Positions 18,223 through 27,431 are shown, numbered from the stretch's first letter. The stretch: 64,000 bases of DNA from Nitrospira sp. (GCA_016788465.1 JAEURV010000186.1:988-64987); one strand, 5' to 3'. Translations and numbers: made by a program. Notes: generated from the sequence alone by a model not told the origin.

Positions 18223-18893
18223 ATGAAACACTCGATTCTCCTGAAATGGTTGAAGCTTTCCGTGCTGCCTCCGGTGGCGGCAGCGCTCATTCGAGGCGTC
18301 GCTGGTACGATACAGTGCGAGACTCGCGGCCACGAAGCGGTCGATGCATTGTATCGGGAGGGCCGCCGCGCGATTTTTGCCTTTTGGCATGCGCAGCAGC
18401 TGATGATGTTGCATGGGTACCGTGGTATCGGAACGCAGATGTTGATCAGCCAGCATGGCGACGGTGAGATTATCGCGCGGATCATCGCGCGATTCGGCCA
18501 CCAGGCTGTGCGGGGGTCGAGTACGAGGGGTGGGGCGACAGCGTTACGGACGTTAATCAAGCGGGGACGGTCGGGCTGGGATCTTGGTGTGACGCCGGAT
18601 GGTCCGAGAGGGCCTCGCCAGGTGGCCAAGCTGGGGGTGGTGCAGTTGGCCAAGGCCACTGGGCTTCCAATTGTGCCCATGATCTTCGCCTGCTCAAAAA
18701 AAAACTCTTTGCGAGCTGGGACCGCTTCATGGTCCCATACCCATTCTCCCGAGGACTATTCCTCTATGGAAAACCGCTCTGGGTCCCGCGCGAGGCGGAT
18801 GGGGGCATGCTTGAAACGCTCCGGGTGGAACTTGAGACAGCCCTCAATCAGCTGACCGATCAGGCAGAAGAAGATGTGAAACGTGAGACGTGA
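18223..18893 (+). pseudogene. DUF374 (lysophospholipid-acyltransferase-like) gene interrupted by a frameshift at an A9 tract
   Basis: The annotated frame reads ..PIVPMIFACSKKNSLRAGTASWSHTH.. and stops at 18855. Shifting frame at A9 (18696..18704) restores ..SWDRFMVPYPFSRGLFLYGKPLWVPREADGGMLETLRVELETALNQL.., the expected family C-terminus, with a stop at 18891..18893. Confidence 0.65.
18696..18704 (+). repeat. A9 homopolymer at the DUF374 frameshift site
   Basis: Counted directly: tgctc-aaaaaaaaa-ctcttt. A +1 or -2 change restores the reading frame. Confidence 0.95.
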
Positions 18894-18960
18894 AACGTAG
18901 AAGGTTCAGAAGTTTTTCAGGACGTTTCACCTTTTACCTCGTACGTCTACCTTCGTTCCC

Positions 18961-20298
18961 ATGTGGAAGCTTCTCTATAACCTCGGTCTTCTTCTCGCGG
19001 CGCCCATGATTATCGGGGTGCTTCTTGCCAAGCCACGTTGCCGTCCTGGGTTTCTTCAACGAATGGGGTGGGGAAGCCATCCCTCTGATGTCGGTGCTCC
19101 ATCTCGACCGCTTGTATGGATTCATGCTGTGTCGCTCGGTGAAGTGGTCGCGGTTACGCCGCTTGTGAAGGCCTTGCATGCGCGGCATCCGGAGTTTCGT
19201 TATATCGTCACGACGGTGACTGAAACCGGCCGCGAAGCGGTTGAGCAGCGATTGGATGGCGTTGCCGAACATTGGTACGCGCCCCTTGATTTCTCATGGG
19301 CCGTAGCCGGTATGATCAAACGCCTGCAACCAGTGCTCTACGTATTTGTCGAGACTGAACTGTGGCCGAACATATTGTGGGCCTTACACGAACACAATGT
19401 GCCCTCGGTGTTGGTGAATGGGCGGTTATCGTCTCGTTCGTTTCAGCGGCAGGACATCCCTCTGATTCGCTCGTTCTATCGATCTGTGCTGCAGACATTG
19501 ACACTGTGCTTGATGCAAACCGAGAGAGATCGACAACGGATCGTGGCATTGGGGGCCAAGCCGGACTGTGCACATGTGACGGGCAATATCAAGTTCGATC
19601 AGCCGGTGCCGGATGTTCAATCGGATACGTCACTGCGTCGCAGTTTGGGACTGGCTGCGAATGAGCAGCTGATTCTCGCCGGGAGTACGCATCAGGGCGA
19701 AGAAGAACTGCTGGTATCCGCCTATCAGAAAATTGTTCAGACCTATCCCAATGCCGTCTTGATGTTGGCTCCCCGTCATATTGAACGGGTGGACCGAGTT
19801 GAGGCGATGTTGCGAGAAGCTAAGTTTGTGGTGCAGCGCAAGAGTCAGATTGGAGAGAGCCTCTCTGGTCCACGTGTGGTGATTCTGGATACCAGGGGAG
19901 AGCTGGCCCGAGCCTACCGGGAGGCTGTCGTGGCCTATGTGGGAGGGACCTTAGTTCCGGTGGGGGGGCACAATTTGCTGGAACCGGCCGTGTGGGGCAC
20001 CCCAGTCATGTTTGGGCCCTATACGGATCACTGTGCCGAGATTGCGATGCTCTTATCCAAGGCCGGAGGGGGACGTCGGGTGATGGGAGTGGAGGACCTC
20101 GTTGTTTCAATAGAGGAATGGTTACGGCAGCCTGACAAACGAAATCGAGACGGACAGGTGGCCAAACAGGTGGTGTTGGACAACCAGGGTGCGCTCATGC
20201 GGAGCCTGGAGCAGATAGAACATTGCCTCCGTACCGTTCCATCATACTCCGACCATTCGGTGACAACGGGGGCAGGGCCTCTGATAGCCAAATTCTGA
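18961..20298 (+). CDS. waaA: 3-deoxy-D-manno-octulosonic acid (Kdo) transferase
   Basis: 445 aa. N-terminal membrane anchor, WIHAVSLGEVVAV motif, GT30 layout, between msbA and lpxK. Confidence 0.9.
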   Translation: MWKLLYNLGLLLAAPMIIGVLLAKPRCRPGFLQRMGWGSHPSDVGAPSRPLVWIHAVSLGEVVAVTPLVKALHARHPEFRYIVTTVTETGREAVEQRLDGVAEHWYAPLDFSWAVAGMIKRLQPVLYVFVETELWPNILWALHEHNVPSVLVNGRLSSRSFQRQDIPLIRSFYRSVLQTLTLCLMQTERDRQRIVALGAKPDCAHVTGNIKFDQPVPDVQSDTSLRRSLGLAANEQLILAGSTHQGEEELLVSAYQKIVQTYPNAVLMLAPRHIERVDRVEAMLREAKFVVQRKSQIGESLSGPRVVILDTRGELARAYREAVVAYVGGTLVPVGGHNLLEPAVWGTPVMFGPYTDHCAEIAMLLSKAGGGRRVMGVEDLVVSIEEWLRQPDKRNRDGQVAKQVVLDNQGALMRSLEQIEHCLRTVPSYSDHSVTTGAGPLIAKF

Positions 20299-20299
20299 T

Positions 20300-21391
20300 A
20301 TGGCATTTCTGTCTCCAGGACAACCGGTCCGTAGAGGGCTGTGCTGGGTTGCAGGGTTGTACGGCCTCGTCACCGGAGTTTCGCGATGGTGCTATCGACA
20401 GCGTTGGCTGCTTACCACACGATTGCCTTGTCCCGTCATCAGTGTGGGAAACCTGACGGTCGGAGGAACCGGAAAGACTCCGTTCGTGATTTTTCTGGCC
20501 CAACGATTGCTGGCGAAGGGATGGAGAGTGGCGATTTTGAGTCGAGGCTATAAGCGGACGGGTCATGCGCCGCAGGTACTGGTATCGGATGGAGTGCATA
20601 TCTTGGCTGATCCCTTGGACTCGGGGGATGAACCGTTCTTAATGGCTCAGCGCTGTCCCCAAGCCGTGGTCGCGGTGGGGGCTGATCGTGTTGCACTCGG
20701 TCGCTGGGTATTAGAGCGGCATCCGATCGATTGCATGATTCTGGATGATGGGTTTCAGCATCGTGCCCTTCATCGGGACGTTGATCTGGTGTTGCTGGAT
20801 GCCACTGATGCAGCCGGACTCGATGCAATGGTTCCGGCGGGAAGACTGCGAGAACCATTGACTGAACTGGATCGGGCGAGTGCGGTGGTCATCACCCGAG
20901 CCGATGTTCGCCACGAGGTCGATGCTATTCGAAGCCGTTTGAGTAGGACTCATTGTCCCCCCAACGACGCTATTGAAGTTGTGTTTCGACCGGAGTTTTT
21001 CATCGCAATCGTGTCCGGATCCTCACAGGCCATTGAATGGGGGAAAGGGAAAAAGGCTTGGTTGGTAAGCGGGATCGGCAATGGCTCTTCGTTTCATCGA
21101 TCGGTGGAATCTGTCGGGGTCGAGATTGTGGGTGAGACTATGTTTGACGATCATCATCGATACGATCATCACGAGATCGAGGATGTTCGCGCCAAGATGA
21201 AGCGGAGCGGGAGCGACATCGTGTTAACGACAGAAAAAGATGGTGGGAAACTGACTCCCTTGCTTGAGGCCAATGATCCTTGGTGGATGCTTCGTCTGGA
21301 AACATATGTTGTTCAGGGAGGAGATCGGTTGACTCGATTGATTGATGAGTCGTTATCACGAAGGTGCGATACGCCGGAAACCCATGAGTAG
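20300..21391 (+). CDS. lpxK: Tetraacyldisaccharide 4'-kinase
   Basis: 363 aa. P-loop ISVGNLTVGGTGKTPFV, then SRGYKR and ILDDGFQH motifs. Confidence 0.88.
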   Translation: MAFLSPGQPVRRGLCWVAGLYGLVTGVSRWCYRQRWLLTTRLPCPVISVGNLTVGGTGKTPFVIFLAQRLLAKGWRVAILSRGYKRTGHAPQVLVSDGVHILADPLDSGDEPFLMAQRCPQAVVAVGADRVALGRWVLERHPIDCMILDDGFQHRALHRDVDLVLLDATDAAGLDAMVPAGRLREPLTELDRASAVVITRADVRHEVDAIRSRLSRTHCPPNDAIEVVFRPEFFIAIVSGSSQAIEWGKGKKAWLVSGIGNGSSFHRSVESVGVEIVGETMFDDHHRYDHHEIEDVRAKMKRSGSDIVLTTEKDGGKLTPLLEANDPWWMLRLETYVVQGGDRLTRLIDESLSRRCDTPETHE

Positions 21392-23102
21392 AGAGCAACC
21401 TCGAAGAATCTTGCTGCGAGCTCCGAATTGGATCGGTGACGCCGTCATGTGCGAGCCTGCTCTGCGAGGTTTGAGGTCACTCTTTCCTGAGGCGGATGTC
21501 ACGATGTTGGCCAAATCGGCCGTTGCTGAGCTGTTCCGTGCCGCTCCGGAGTTGAATCGGGTGCTGATCTATGAGGACAAGGGAGCTCATGCCGGGATCT
21601 CGGGGAAGTGGGCGCTGGCTGGTCTGTTGCGGCGGCATGGATTCGACCTCGCCGTGCTGTTTCAGAACGCTTTTGAGGCGGCATTTATTGCATGGCTTGC
21701 CGGTATCCCACAACGGTATGGTTACGCAACTGATGGGCGAGTGTTCTTTCTGACCAAGCCTGTTGCTGTGCCTGCACGTCGCCAATCGGTTCATCAAGTC
21801 GAGTACTATTGGAATTTGTTGAAGCCCTTGGGCCTGTCCGGGAGTGCTCCGCTCCCGACATTGTGTGTGACTACGGACGAGACTCACGCTATGGAGGCGA
21901 GACTCGCTGCCCACGGGAGTGGGTCGTCGGATCTCGTGATCGGTATCAATCCTGGGTCGACCTACGGCAACGCGAAGCGATGGGTGCCTGAGCGGTTTGC
22001 CGAAGTCGCACAGCGACTTTCGGAACGAGTAGGCCGTGATGCAAGAAGGCAAGTGGTCGTGGTCATTCTAGGGGCGAAGGGCGAGGAGTCTTTGGGGAGG
22101 GACATCGCAGATCGAATCCACGGACGATCGGTAGTACTGTCCGGCCAAACGACGATTCGCGAGTTGATGGCAGTGGTCAAGCGATGTCACATTTTGATTA
22201 CTAATGATACTGGACCGATGCATGTGGCAGCTGCGTGCGGTGTACCAGTCGTTGCGGTCTTCGGCCCGACGGATTCGCGTACGACCGCTCCCTATGGGCA
22301 GGAGCAGTCGGTTGTTCGGGAGACTGTGGATTGTGCGCCTTGCCTACTTCGGGAATGCCCAATCGATCACCGGTGCATGACCCGCATTTCAGCCGACCGA
22401 GTGTATGAGGTGGCAGCGCAACAGCTGGACGGTCTGTCTCGTCCGTCTGGTCTATTTCACCTTTCTGGTGCAGACCAGACAGACCGGATAGACAAGACAA
22501 ACCAGTCAGGCCAGTCAAACATTCTTTCAGGGTACACCGTCTTTCTCGATCGTGACGGCACGCTCAATCCGGATCCTGGATACATCAACTCCCCGGACCA
22601 GTTTGACTTGTTCCCAGGAGTAGCGGAGGCACTTGGCCGTCTGAAACTGGCTGGTGCCCGATTGATCCTTGTGACGAATCAATCGGGTATCGCGAGGGGG
22701 TTCCTCTCGCGATACAATCTTGATGCCATTCACCAAAAGCTTGCTCGCTTGCTCGATCAGACGGGCGTGAGGCTGGATGGTATCTACTTCTGTCCTCACC
22801 ATCCGGATGACGGGTGTGGGTGTCGAAAGCCAAACCGTGGGATGATTGACCTGGCAGTCCAAGAACTGGGGGTGGATCTTGAGCGGTCCTATGTGATCGG
22901 TGATCATCTCCGTGATATCGAATTGGCTAAACGGGTGAGGGCACGAAGTGTCCTCGTGACCACCGGGGTGACTCGGCTGCAAGAACTTGACGAGTTGACG
23001 GAGTCTCCTCTCGCCCCTGACAGGGTTGCAACCTCCCTTGCTGAGGCTGTGGACTGGCTGTTGTCCGACGTGAAACAGAGAGCGCTATTGCACCATGAAT
23101 AG
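21384..23102 (+). CDS. Fusion protein: GT9 ADP-heptose:LPS heptosyltransferase (WaaF-like) and D,D-heptose 1,7-bisphosphate phosphatase (GmhB, HAD family)
   Basis: The N-terminal ~360 aa are GT9 (ILLRAPNWIGDAVM.., ITNDTGPMHVAAACGVPVVAVFGPT). A low-complexity linker follows. The C-terminal ~185 aa are HAD/GmhB (VFLDRDGTLN, VTNQSGIARG, CPHHPDDGCGCRKPNRGM, IGDHLRDIE). The start is chosen at ATG 21384 (MSREQPRRILL), overlapping the lpxK stop. Confidence 0.8.
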   Translation: MSREQPRRILLRAPNWIGDAVMCEPALRGLRSLFPEADVTMLAKSAVAELFRAAPELNRVLIYEDKGAHAGISGKWALAGLLRRHGFDLAVLFQNAFEAAFIAWLAGIPQRYGYATDGRVFFLTKPVAVPARRQSVHQVEYYWNLLKPLGLSGSAPLPTLCVTTDETHAMEARLAAHGSGSSDLVIGINPGSTYGNAKRWVPERFAEVAQRLSERVGRDARRQVVVVILGAKGEESLGRDIADRIHGRSVVLSGQTTIRELMAVVKRCHILITNDTGPMHVAAACGVPVVAVFGPTDSRTTAPYGQEQSVVRETVDCAPCLLRECPIDHRCMTRISADRVYEVAAQQLDGLSRPSGLFHLSGADQTDRIDKTNQSGQSNILSGYTVFLDRDGTLNPDPGYINSPDQFDLFPGVAEALGRLKLAGARLILVTNQSGIARGFLSRYNLDAIHQKLARLLDQTGVRLDGIYFCPHHPDDGCGCRKPNRGMIDLAVQELGVDLERSYVIGDHLRDIELAKRVRARSVLVTTGVTRLQELDELTESPLAPDRVATSLAEAVDWLLSDVKQRALLHHE

Positions 23103-23225
23103 TATGGCTCGGGTCGAGGGATGATCCATGGGATGGACAAGAGGTCCGGAGCGGCTGGGCTTGTGTTGGTGAGACAGCCGGAGTAAGTTGTCTGGGACTG
23201 GGGATGTTGTTCGATTCGGGGAGAA

Positions 23226-24233
23226 ATGGTGACGGTAGTGAACCAGGGTACGAAGGATTGTTCCATCCCTTGTAACCTCTGTGGGGGAACCGAGGTTTCG
23301 ATTCTTTCCAGTCGAAGTCGGAGCGGGAATCCGCTGCGAACCGTCATCTGCCGAGTCTGTGGGCTCGTATGGTCGGATCCCCGTCCACATGATGCCAGAC
23401 GGTTTTATGAGGAAGAGTATCGACTCGCGTATAAGAATACCTATAGTCCGAAACCCAAGCATGTTGTGCGTGCGGGAAAGGTTGCCCTATCACGGTTTGG
23501 AAAGATCGCGCAGCTGTTGTCGAGTCGGAAAACGATGTTGGATATCGGTACGGGGGGCGGAGAGTTTGCCTATTTGCTCCAGTCGCTGGGGCATGCCGTA
23601 AACGGGATTGAGCCGAATCGAGGGTATGCCGACCATTCGATCCAACAGTATGGGCTGGCGGTTCAAGTTGGGTTCGTACAAGACGCGACATTTGCTCCGG
23701 CCTCGTTCGATATCGTGACGATTTGGCATGTCCTTGAACATACGGAAGACCCTGGTTTCATCCTGGCACGTCTGCGCTCCTGGTTAAAACCAGATGGGGT
23801 GCTCGTTGTCGAGGTGCCGAATGTGGAGGCGACCTGTCAGGCCCCTCGTAGTACGTTCCACGAGGCCCATCTCTACAATTTCAATGTCGTGTCATTGCGC
23901 CGGTTGGCCCAAAAGCAGGGGTTGTATGAAACCTCCCATCTCATCTCCCAGGACGGTGGAAACATCACGATGTTCTTCACTCAAACAGAGCCCCTGATCG
24001 CAGATCCTTTCTCCGCTGAGATTCCAGGAAATTGCGAGTGGATTTCGAGGATCGTACGCCAACACAGTGCCCTGCGGCATCACCTCAGCCCAGCCCCGTA
24101 TGTGCGCGCGTGGAAACGTCTCTGTCGATCGCTCCAAGAGCGACGGGAAACGGTCGATCTGGGTAGCGGTAAGTCGATACTCGATAAACTCTATGCCCCT
24201 CATCTGCGGCCCCATTCCCTCACCGGTGCATGA
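23226..24233 (+). CDS. Class I SAM-dependent methyltransferase with N-terminal Cys4 zinc-ribbon
   Basis: CNLCGG..CRVCGLVW, followed by the SAM motif MLDIGTGGGEF and IVTIWHVLEHTEDP. Confidence 0.7.
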   Translation: MVTVVNQGTKDCSIPCNLCGGTEVSILSSRSRSGNPLRTVICRVCGLVWSDPRPHDARRFYEEEYRLAYKNTYSPKPKHVVRAGKVALSRFGKIAQLLSSRKTMLDIGTGGGEFAYLLQSLGHAVNGIEPNRGYADHSIQQYGLAVQVGFVQDATFAPASFDIVTIWHVLEHTEDPGFILARLRSWLKPDGVLVVEVPNVEATCQAPRSTFHEAHLYNFNVVSLRRLAQKQGLYETSHLISQDGGNITMFFTQTEPLIADPFSAEIPGNCEWISRIVRQHSALRHHLSPAPYVRAWKRLCRSLQERRETVDLGSGKSILDKLYAPHLRPHSLTGA

Positions 24234-24361
24234 AGAGACATGGTGTAGGCACGGATGAGGGAGCTGCATCATGACCGAGTATCCTGATGCCGCCTCAGCT
24301 GCGTAGGCAGGAAGGTTATCCGGTGGCACCTGTCACATCTTTTGTTGCCTCTTCTTCCGCC

Positions 24362-25396
24362 ATGGGGAATACCATTCGCATTCTTCTGATCAAGCCAAGT
24401 TCACTGGGAGACATCATCCATACATTTCCTGTGGTGTCGGCGATCAAGGAGCAGTGGCCCGGAGTGCACCTGACATGGGTGGTGAAGCGTCAATGGGCTG
24501 AGCTTGTTGGGCAAGCAGAGGGAGTTGATCGTGTCTGGCCGGTCGATAGGACGGTGAGCAGTTGGGTGCGGGAAGGGCTGGCGCTCAGAGACGAACGGTT
24601 TGACCTCGCCCTCGATTTGCAAGGGCTGTTTCGAAGCGGTGCCTTGGCATGGTTCAGTGGTGCCCGGAGACGGGTCGGGTTCGCGAACGGACGGGAGGGA
24701 AGTCCCTGGTTCTATACCGACCGTGTTCCAGTCCCACACCCGGATATTCATGCAGTCGATCGATATCTCTCTTTGGTGGGTGCCTTGGGGGTGAGGCGTC
24801 CTGAGAAACCTCAGTTTCGCTTCAAGTTCGTGGAAGAAGATGTCGCCGCTGTTCGAGCAATCTGTCGCCGCCAAGGCCTTCTAGTAGATCGACCATGGAT
24901 CGCGATGAATATCGGGGCTCGGTGGCCGACGAAACGTTGGCCGCTGACAGCATTTGCTGCAGTTCTGGATCAATTGCATGCTTCGCAGCTTGAGCCGGTC
25001 GTGGTCATAGGAAGTTCGGACGAGCGTCGTTCCACGAATCAGCTCAGAGCTCTGACCGCGAGCCCGTTTATCGATTTGTGTGGGGAGATCTCGTTGACCC
25101 ATCTGCCGGCATTGCTTTCCACCGCATCCGCTATGGTGACCAATGACTCTGGGCCGATGCATATCGCGTCGGCACTGCATGTTCCTGTGGTCGCAATGTT
25201 CGGACCGACCAGTGCGATTCGAACCGGACCCTATGGCGACGGCCATCACGCCCTGAGCGGTCAGGTTCCCTGTAGTCCTTGTTTCAGCCGTGTCTGTCGA
25301 CATATTCCCGAATTGGAGTGCCTTCACCGTATTTCACCGACTCACGTCGTTGATGCCATTCGTCCGTTGTTAATGGCTCATGCTCCATGCCCATGA
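24362..25396 (+). CDS. GT9 heptosyltransferase (WaaC/RfaC-like)
   Basis: The start is placed at MGNTIRILLIKPSSLGDIIHTFP. The C-terminal motif is VTNDSGPMHIASALHVPVVAMFGPT. The stop overlaps the next ATG (ATGA). Confidence 0.8.
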   Translation: MGNTIRILLIKPSSLGDIIHTFPVVSAIKEQWPGVHLTWVVKRQWAELVGQAEGVDRVWPVDRTVSSWVREGLALRDERFDLALDLQGLFRSGALAWFSGARRRVGFANGREGSPWFYTDRVPVPHPDIHAVDRYLSLVGALGVRRPEKPQFRFKFVEEDVAAVRAICRRQGLLVDRPWIAMNIGARWPTKRWPLTAFAAVLDQLHASQLEPVVVIGSSDERRSTNQLRALTASPFIDLCGEISLTHLPALLSTASAMVTNDSGPMHIASALHVPVVAMFGPTSAIRTGPYGDGHHALSGQVPCSPCFSRVCRHIPELECLHRISPTHVVDAIRPLLMAHAPCP

Positions 25397-25607
25397 ACGT
25401 TTTGATCGCTTGTGCCAAACAGTATCGGCGATGGGCTCCGTCCAGCTTGGTCTGTCGATACGTTCCCGAATTGGACTGTCTTCACTTCAATAGGCTGACC
25501 TCCGTGGGTGATATGATTCGGCCAAGGTTGACGGCTCAGGCTTCAGACCCATGAATGTTTTGATCGTTCGTCCCGACGGTATCGGCGACGTGATTCTCTC
25601 GCTTCCG
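25292..25607 (+). repeat. Diverged tandem duplication, period 158 bp, spanning a GT9 gene-end/gene-start junction
   Basis: gtctgtcgacatattcccgaattggagtgccttcac (25292) versus gtctgtcgatacgttcccgaattggactgtcttcac (25450) is 31/36 identical. cccatgaacgttttgatcgct (25390) matches cccatgaatgttttgatcgtt (25548). Both pairs are offset by 158 nt. Confidence 0.7.
25393..25554 (+). pseudogene. 53-codon relic of a GT9 heptosyltransferase (N-terminal and C-terminal fragments joined, body deleted)
   Basis: Translation: MNVLIACAKQYRRWAPSSLVCRYVPELDCLHFNRLTSVGDMIRPRLTAQASDP*. The first 5 aa and the DNA match the start of the next gene (MNVLIVRPDGIGD). The last 33 aa parallel the end of the previous gene (CRHIPELECLHRISPTHVVDAIRPLLMAHAPCP). 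ATGA overlaps are kept at both ends. Confidence 0.55.
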
Positions 25608-26570
25608 GTGGCGACGCAACTTCGGCGACTCATCCCGGACGTCAGAATCGGGTTCTTGACAAGTCCTGTCGTGGGGCCGTTGCTCGATCAGCATCCTGAT
25701 GTGGACGAGGTTCGCTCTATTCGCTTGACTGATCCGTTGATGGAACTGCGCCATGCCTTTTTGCATGGAGTTGATGTGGCGGTGTTCCTCAAACCCTTTC
25801 GCCGTGTGATGTGGGCGGCCTGGTTGGCTCGGGTGCCCATTCGAATCGCGACGGGCTATCGGTGGTATAGCCTCTTGGCGAATCGGCGGATCTACGAACA
25901 TCGCAGCGAGTTTTCCAAGCATGAGTCAGAGTACAACGTTGAGATGCTGAGAGGACTAGGGTTGAATCCACAAAAAGTTCAACCTCCCACTCTCTTCATG
26001 ACGGAGCATGAACGAGCTATCGGGGCATCATTTTGGGAGGATCTTCCAGGTCCACGAGTCGTGATTCATCCTGGGGGATTTTCTGCACGTCGATGGCGAC
26101 CGGAGTATTACCGGGATTTGGCTCTTGAGTCGGCACAAGCCGGTTATGGAGTGATATTGACCGGCAGCGAGTCAGAAAAGAAACAGTTTGAAGCCAATGC
26201 TCCGTTACCTACACCGATTCCAGCCCAGATCATGAACTGCATGGGGCAACTGTCTCTTCGCCATCTCATGGCAGTGATCGGCAGTGCCCATGCGGTCGTT
26301 TCCGGGGCCACAGGACCGGCTCATATAGCGGCAGCATTAGGTATCCCTACGGTCAGTTTGTTCGATCCTCGACGAAACAATTTGCCGGTGAGATGGAAAC
26401 CCCTCGGGACAGGCATTGTGCTACGCCCGGATGTTCCCACCTGCGACAAATGTATCGGTGAAGCGTGCTCGTATTGGGATTGTCTTGATCGATTGACGGT
26501 CAGCAAGGTGATGGCTGCTACTAGACAGGTGATTGATACCGCTTCGACCCTCGTCATCCACCACGTATGA
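25551..26570 (+). CDS. GT9 heptosyltransferase family protein
   Basis: 339 aa with MNVLIVRPDGIGDVILSLPVA and SGATGPAHIAAALGIPTVSLF, the GT9 N- and C-terminal signatures. Confidence 0.8.
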   Translation: MNVLIVRPDGIGDVILSLPVATQLRRLIPDVRIGFLTSPVVGPLLDQHPDVDEVRSIRLTDPLMELRHAFLHGVDVAVFLKPFRRVMWAAWLARVPIRIATGYRWYSLLANRRIYEHRSEFSKHESEYNVEMLRGLGLNPQKVQPPTLFMTEHERAIGASFWEDLPGPRVVIHPGGFSARRWRPEYYRDLALESAQAGYGVILTGSESEKKQFEANAPLPTPIPAQIMNCMGQLSLRHLMAVIGSAHAVVSGATGPAHIAAALGIPTVSLFDPRRNNLPVRWKPLGTGIVLRPDVPTCDKCIGEACSYWDCLDRLTVSKVMAATRQVIDTASTLVIHHV

Positions 26571-26675
26571 GGGTAAGTAGCGGGTGAAGACATGATCGGT
26601 CCTAGGTAGTGCTCTTGACTCCCTTATTCGTATGTGTTCATATCCTGAACGGTCGGTACGTTCCTTCATAACTCT

Positions 26676-27260
26676 ATGAATCTCCGAGGCCAACGGGATC
26701 TGCTCTTGCTGACTGAGGTAGAGCGCGATGGCGGGGTCACACAGCGGTCCCTTGCGGCAAAGCTCGGGGTCGCGTTGGGACTCACGAATTTGTATCTGAA
26801 GCGATTGGTGCGGAACGGATACATTGCCATTATTACGAACCCCTCCCACCGTGTTCGATATGGGTTGACGCCACAGGGGTTTGTTGAGAAATCGAGGTTG
26901 GCGTCTCTTCATTTGAAGCACGCACTGTCTCACTACCGCGATATGCGCGCGCGACTCCGGGATGCATTGTCCCACATGACTCAGAATGGAATGAAACGAG
27001 TTGTGATTTGTGGAACCAGTGAGCTTGCGGAGATTGCCTATCTCTCCCTCCGTGAGATGCAGATGACGTTGGTCGGATTTGTGGATGATGGGCGGCAGGA
27101 GTCATTTCTCTCGTATCCGGTCAGGCAGTTGGATGTCCTGCAAGAGTGGGAGTTCGATGCGGTCCTGCTGGCAAACCTTGATGATATTGCCGGGCTCCGA
27201 TCGAGGTTGAAGCGGTATCAGATTTCAGACAGCAAAATCCTAGAGCTTTCGCCGGTATAA
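26676..27260 (+). CDS. Winged-helix (MarR-like) transcriptional regulator with C-terminal Rossmann-like domain
   Basis: The N-terminus LLLLTEVERDGGVTQRSLAAKLGVALGLTNLYLKRLVRNGYI is wHTH. The C-terminus RVVICGTSELAEIAYLSL..LVGFVDD resembles the nucleotide-binding-like module seen in EPS-locus regulators. Confidence 0.6.
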   Translation: MNLRGQRDLLLLTEVERDGGVTQRSLAAKLGVALGLTNLYLKRLVRNGYIAIITNPSHRVRYGLTPQGFVEKSRLASLHLKHALSHYRDMRARLRDALSHMTQNGMKRVVICGTSELAEIAYLSLREMQMTLVGFVDDGRQESFLSYPVRQLDVLQEWEFDAVLLANLDDIAGLRSRLKRYQISDSKILELSPV

Positions 27261-27431
27261 GGGCAAAAGAAGAGGGTTTTCTCTTCACTGTAAGTGAGAG
27301 GGCGAAGCTGTGTCCGTCAGGCGCGTGACATGCGAAACTCGCGGGAGTGGAGTGAAAAGCAGGATAGGCGGAATCTCATCTCCGTTGAATTATATGGTTC
27401 GCGCTCGGCCTGCTTGTCTAGCAGCGACCCT

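Noticed and set aside
22471-22485. Shared CAGACCAGACAGAC-like string in the WaaF-GmhB linker (22473..22484) and at the 5' end of the NusG paralog (27886..27897), considered as a possible dispersed repeat element.
   Set aside because: Only a 12-nt exact match. With about 2x10^9 position pairs in 64 kb versus 4^12 possible 12-mers, on the order of 100 such matches are expected by chance. The flanks do not align.
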